A stretch of DNA of 64,000 nucleotides, taken from contig NC_079238.1 of assembly GCF_027921745.1 (NCBI RefSeq), positions 5,270,001 through 5,334,000 of the forward strand, in the 5' to 3' direction. Below are positions 58,193 through 64,000 of this stretch, one piece after another. The stretch's first letter is position 1; every line of letters begins with the position of its first letter. Source of the stretch: Schizosaccharomyces osmophilus. Lineage: Eukaryota. The translations under genes and the position numbers were made by a program. Under the pieces are notes generated by a model. The model saw only the letters and a list, made by a program, of their open reading frames with translations, searched no databases and was not told the DNA's origin.

Positions 58193-61100
58193 ATGTCGGA
58201 AATTATACCCGGAGATGTCTCGTCTAAGCGAAAGCTAGACTCTGACGAAAGTTTTGATCCCGAACTTTACGGTCTTCGACGATCTGTAAGTATTTACGAG
58301 ATTTTTCGTGGTTTAGTGTTAACTTAATAAATAGGGACGTACTCGTATAAATCCAGGAAAGTATATAGATGCTGAATTAGATGAGGAATTACCCTCAAGA
58401 CAGCGTCATGGTACGAGAAATGGGACTCATCGCCAAAGAAATATTAGTGATGACGATGATGATGATGATGAGAACGCTGAATCCTTGTCTTCATCAGGGG
58501 ATGAGGACAGCGGTGGCAGTTCTTATGGTGATAATGCTCGTAGGAGCTCCAGAAGAAGGAAACCAACACCTGACGACGCTCTAGATGAAGTAAGGTTTTC
58601 CTCGCGTAATTCTAAAGGCGTAAACTATAATGAAGATGCCTATTTTGAATCAATTGAAGATGAAGAGCAACTCGGTGATGGCTATGATTATGATGCAGAG
58701 GCTCCAGAGGAGCCTGAAGAAACAAAAGCTATAGACTGTGTTTTAGATCACAGGCTTATAGAAGGACGTGATGGATCAAAAATTACAGAAGATTACGAAT
58801 ACCTTATAAAATGGATGAATATGTCCCACTTACATTGCAGCTGGGAAACTTACGCTAATTTGGTTGGTTTCCGAGGAGCAAAAAAAGTTGATAATCATAC
58901 CAAGCAGGTTATTATGTTGGAACGTGAAATACGTGAAGATCCAACTACAACCAGGGAGGACATTGAAGCGATGGAGATTGACATAGAGCGCAAACGGGAT
59001 AGTTACGAAGAATACAAGCAGGTTGATCGCATTGTCTATCAGTACAGGAATCCCGAAGGTTCTTTGGAATACTTGGTTAAATGGAAGCATCTCTCATATG
59101 ATTTCTGCACATGGGAATCTGCTGACACAATTGAGCCTATAGCCCCTGAACAAATACAATCTTTCCATGAAAGAGAGCATAGCCCATTGATGCCATCTCG
59201 TGGCACTAACTATGGTCATACCCGTCCCAAGTATCGCAAACTAGAGCAGCAGCCTTCTTATATTATAGGTGGTGAATTACGTGACTTCCAATTGACAGGT
59301 GTTAATTGGATGGCCTATCTTTGGCACAAGGATGAAAATGGTATTTTGGCAGACGAAATGGGTTTAGGTAAAACTGTACAAACTGTGGCTTTTCTTTCTT
59401 ATTTGGCCCATTCTTTAAGGCAGCACGGACCGTTTATTGTGATAGTACCGTTGTCCACGGTCCCTTCATGGCAAGAAACTTTTGATCTTTGGGCTCCGGA
59501 TATGAACTGCATCAGTTACCTTGGTAATACCGCTTCTAGACAGGTTCTACGAGATTATGAGTTTTACGTCGAAGGAACTCAAAAATTAAAGTTCAATTTG
59601 CTGCTTACTACTTATGAATATGTTCTAAAAGATCGTTCGGTTTTAGGTAATATCAAGTGGCAGTACATGGCAATTGATGAAGCCCACCGTTTGAAAAACA
59701 GTGAATCCTCCCTTTATGAAACATTATCCCAATTCAAAAATTCTAACAGATTGCTTATTACGGGTACTCCACTTCAAAATAACATTAAAGAGCTTGCAGC
59801 TCTAGTCGATTTTTTGATGCCCGGAAAATTTGATATACGGGAGGAAATCAATTTGGAAGCTCCGGATCAGGAACAAGAGACCTATATTCGAAATCTGCAA
59901 CAACATTTACAGCCTTATATTTTAAGAAGATTGAAGAAGGACGTTGAAAAGTCCTTGCCTTCTAAATCAGAACGTATCCTGCGAGTTGAATTGTCTGATT
60001 TGCAAACCTATTGGTACAAGAATATTTTAAGCCGTAACTATCGAGTTCTGACTCAAAGTATAATGTCTGGTAGCCAGATTTCACTTTTGAATATCGTGAT
60101 AGAATTGAAGAAAGCAAGTAATCATCCATATTTGTACGACGGAGTTGAAGAATCGTGGATGCAGAAAATTGGTTCTCAAGGACGACGAGAAGAAGTACTT
60201 AAAGGCTTGATTATGAACAGCGGGAAAATGGTTTTACTTGATAAGTTACTCTCCAGGCTACGCCGAGACGGGCATCGTGTCCTAATTTTCAGTCAAATGG
60301 TTCGTATGCTAGATATACTTGGTGATTATATGGCATTAAGAGGCTATCCTTATCAGCGGTTGGATGGTACTGTTCCTGCATCTGTTCGAAGAGTTTCCAT
60401 TGACCATTATAATGCTCCCGGAAGTCCTGATTTCGTTTTCTTGCTTTCAACTCGAGCTGGTGGTCTAGGTATTAATCTGATGACAGCTGACACTGTTATT
60501 ATTTTTGATTCCGATTGGAACCCACAGGCCGATTTGCAAGCCATGGCTCGTGCCCATAGAATTGGTCAAAAGAACCATGTTATGGTTTATCGTCTTCTAT
60601 CAAAAGACACAATTGAGGAAGATGTGTTGGAAAGAGCCAGAAGGAAAATGATTTTAGAATACGCAATTATTTCTCTTGGTGTCACTGACAAACAAAAGGA
60701 TGCCAAAAGTGACAAGTATTCGGCGGAAGAGCTCAGTGCGATTCTTAAATTTGGAGCTTCCAATATGTTCAAAGCAGAGGACAATCAAAAGAAGCTGGAA
60801 GATATGAATTTGGATGAAATATTGGAGCATGCTGAAGATCATGACACATCGAATGATGTTGGTGGTGCCAGTATGGGTGGTGAAGATTTTTTGAAGCAAT
60901 TCGAGGTTACAGACTACAAGGCCGACGTTTCTTGGGATGATATTATTCCGCTAAATGAAAGACAAAGGTATGAAGAGGAGGATCGACGAAAAGAACAAGA
61001 AGCCCTCAAACGGGAGATTGAGTTAAATAATAGGCGTGGAAACAGACCGTACCCAATTGAAATGACTGCCTCTTCTCCTAGTAATTCAGTGGCTTCTGAG

Positions 61101-62300
61101 AAAAAGACAAAGAAACAAAAGTTGAGGGATGAGGTGTTGTTAGAAAAAGAGATTCGATTGTTATATCGTGCGATGATCCGGTATGGTCGTCTTCAACATC
61201 GATATAACGACATTGTTAAATACGCAGATCTATCGACCCAAGATGCTCATTTAGTTAAAAAGGTAGCTTCCGACTTGGAAGCGGTATGTCAAAGAGCCAT
61301 CAATGCTGCCGAAAAAGAGGCCAACGCTGAGCAGGCAAACCAAAAGTCTCGAAAAGCACTGTTGATAACTTTTAGGGGAGTAAAAAACATTAATGCTGAA
61401 ACTTTGATTCAACGTTTAAATGATCTTGATGTCTTATATGAAGCAATGCCATCATCAGGATATTCCTCTTTTGAGGTTCCTGTGCATCTTCGGTCTGTCC
61501 ACGGTTGGTCATGTGAATGGGGAAAGCGCGAAGACTCCATGCTACTAGCGGGTATTTGTAAACATGGGTTCGGAGCTTGGCTAGAGATTCGTGATGATCC
61601 TGAATTAAAAATGAAAGACAAGATCTTTTTAGATGATAATAAAGTTGATAATCCCGGAGAGAAGGATAAAGAAAAAGAGAAAAAGGTTCCTTCTTCAGTA
61701 CATTTGGTACGACGAGGCGAATATCTTTTGAGTGCTTTACGAGAATATCACCGTAAGGTTGAAGAAGGCGTTGAAACTCCAAAGCCCGCTCCGAAAAGGC
61801 AGGCCCAAAACAAGAAAGCAGCGAACAAATCAAATAAGAATGGTCAACGCAGTGAAAGTGTAACTCGGACTCCCTCTCCGACGGTTTCTGAATCGCGAAA
61901 GAAACATGTTACTAAAGAAGTGAAATCAGAAGCACTTCATAGAGAGTCGCCTCGCACTTCTGTTGAACCATCCATCAAACAGGAAGAATCTGACCAACCC
62001 GAAGGTGATGGATTGACTAGTGAACAAAAGGCAAGATGCAAGGAGCTGATGTATCCTGTTCGTAAGCATATGAAAAAGCTTCGAAAGGGTTCCACTGGTT
62101 TGGAAAGAACACAACTGGTGAAGCTATTTACGGAGTGTTTAACGACGATAGGAGGACATATAGACGCTACCGTTACAAAACTCCCTGACAATGAAAAGGA
62201 AGCTGTTCGTAAGGATTTGTGGATGTTTGTTTGTTACTTTTGGCCCAAAGATGAAGTCAAATACACTAGTTTGATAACCATGTACCAAAAGATGAAGTGA
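58193..62300 (+). CDS. hrp3: CHD1-family chromatin remodeller Hrp3, at least 2 exons
   Basis: Tandem chromodomains, [36 protein letters not shown] across intron 58286-58334; true start may lie further upstream. Confidence 0.92.
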
Positions 62301-62835
62301 GATTTAAAGGATGTCTTTATCCTGAAGAATAGTCGGTGCTGTACATGATTCCTTATTTCTACCATATCATGCTTTTCGTTTACTTTTTATATTTTTTGAT
62401 ACCGATATCCAGCTCGATTGTTCATATTTTCCCTTCGTTTACAGCGCTCATAATAATAGATAAATGGACGAGCTAGTGTTTAAATCGCAGCAATCTTAAA
62501 TTTTGTACATGTAATTGATTATTTCTTAATTAATAAAAAAGTCTTGCATTTGTGATGAAATCATTTGAGGAATATGATCTTTCCAGTAGAGATTTCTTGA
62601 CTCCTTTGTTCATAGATTCGAATAAAATTTTTGTCGAAACAGGAAAGCTTCCCTCGTCCATTGGATTACAAGCATACAATAGCTAACGGATAGAAAAGTA
62701 TTTCAAAGTTTGATATTTTTGTTTGTTTATTAAGGATCTTGTCTTGGGGTACACTATTCTACTGAAGGCAGCTACTTTCTAGAAGTTGAAACCTGCAAAC
62801 TTGACCAGTGCAATTACCTACGTTTCTATCAAAAA

Positions 62836-63209
62836 ATGTCGCGCACCGTATTGCCAAGCTTAGAAAGTAAGTGTTTGTGAATCAAGGCCGTAATTGATGT
62901 TTATGTAATCTGTTAGTTCGATCGGCATTGATCCAGTCGTTATAAGAGGATTCCAACTAACGATCTGTGTAGATTTGGAAGATGATGATGAATTTGAAGA
63001 TTTCGCTACAGAAAGTAAGAATTCAGAATGTAAATTGAATTTGAAATGGAGCTAACAATGTGAAAGACTGGCCTATGAAAGATACAGAACTCGACACTGG
63101 CGATGATACCCTGTGGGAGAACAATTGGGATGATGAGGACGTTGGCGATGATGATTTTTCTGCTCAGCTTCAAGCTGAATTAAAAAAGAAGGCAGTCACT
63201 ACGAATTAA
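62836..63209 (+). CDS. dss1: Dss1/Sem1 (Rpn15), 3 exons; missed by the ORF track
   Basis: MSRTVLPSLENLEDDDEFEDFATENWP..WENNWDDED..DDFSAQLQAELKK; introns 62867-62972 and 63015-63066. Confidence 0.95.
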
Positions 63210-63774
63210 AAGTTGTCATGAGGAAACCGAAGAGAATTACACAGCCTCTTTGGCTGAAAAGCCCATATTGTACAATGGACTAGAATGCATCCAGCAGGAC
63301 TTTCTGATTTGTATGAATTTTGAGGATTCCTATGAGGAAGCGAGTGTACTCTTTGAAGAAATGAGCACAAAGTTTGATGATGTGTTTATGCGTTCACATT
63401 AGAAATACATTACGATTGAAAGCCAAGTTTCCGAGGTTGGTCTGTAGCTGTAAGTATTACTGTAGAGGTGGAGAAGAGTATACTAGCATTCTTGAAAGAG
63501 AGTACGACATGTAAGTTTGTGGATGAATATTATGGAGTGTTTGCTATGACAAACCTGTTTTCAACTGTACAGAAAAAGAAATAAAAAGAAAACAAAAACA
63601 CGAGAGGAAATGGAGAAGCACAAAGGTAAAACACGGATTAGAACCGGTTCCAGAAAGTGGTACAATCATAATCAGCATACAGCATAATACAGAAAAAAAG
63701 AGCAAAAGAAGGGCAACATCTCATGACACCTAGGAATTAAGGGAAAAAAAGAAGAAAAACAAGTCTCGTAGACC

Positions 63775-64000
63775 TTAGTAATTCTCTGCATTTCCTTGGT
63801 CAAGTGCTTCTTCCAAAAGACGGTATGTAGCACGCAAAGGAAGTCCAACAATATTGGTATAATCACCTTGAATGGATTCTACCAAAAGAGCACCAAATCC
63901 CTAAATTGTTAGCAGTCTATGAAGAGAGAACAATCGAAATATCTTACCTGAATACCATAGCCACCAGCCTTATCAAGACCCTCGCCGCAACGAACGTAGG
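63775..64000 (-). CDS. Maf-like nucleoside triphosphate pyrophosphatase, 3' end only
   Basis: YVRCGEGLDKAGGYGIQ/GFGALLVESIQGDYTNIVGLP across intron 63901-63947. Confidence 0.9.

Noticed and set aside
1..64000. Tf LTRs, wtf genes, 5S rDNA, tRNA, CRISPR or prokaryotic systems
   Set aside because: No TG..CA LTR, 5S or tRNA signature, or repeat-spacer array seen by eye; the region is conserved eukaryotic euchromatin

Overview
Gene-dense, AT-rich eukaryotic chromosomal DNA from a fission yeast. It is most likely from the Schizosaccharomyces octosporus/cryophilus/osmophilus group, not S. pombe itself: the proteins resemble S. pombe proteins but differ from them, and the introns are short with GTAWGT..CTRAY..YAG signals. 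From memory, gene order follows S. pombe chromosome I cosmids SPAP8A3-SPAC4D7-SPAC3G6: zip3(partial), hsp9, ski7, uaf2, aro3, cdc4, paa1, ups1, mtg2, tpp2, gid4, sls1, sec71, pgc1, gem6, pop2, rer2, tif34/sum1, met8, csi2, ade4, tif223, spt20, dsc4, new13, fet5/gpn3, usp104, hrp3, dss1, Maf-like(partial). I rebuilt exon structures by hand because the ORF track fragments most genes. Signals the ORF track does not show: (i) three intron-encoded box C/D snoRNAs, namely an snR58-like RNA in the ade4 5'-leader intron and snR87/U16-like plus U24-like RNAs in two introns of a non-coding minus-strand host between tif223 and spt20; (ii) a cryptic, divergent SUN-like domain at the C-terminus of the Csi2 orthologue; (iii) two unexplained, strongly base-paired non-coding elements, one in eIF3i (sum1) intron 2 and one in the hrp3 leader. 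I found no tRNA, rRNA, LTR/transposon or CRISPR. Gene symbols rest on recognised motifs plus remembered synteny; no database search was run.
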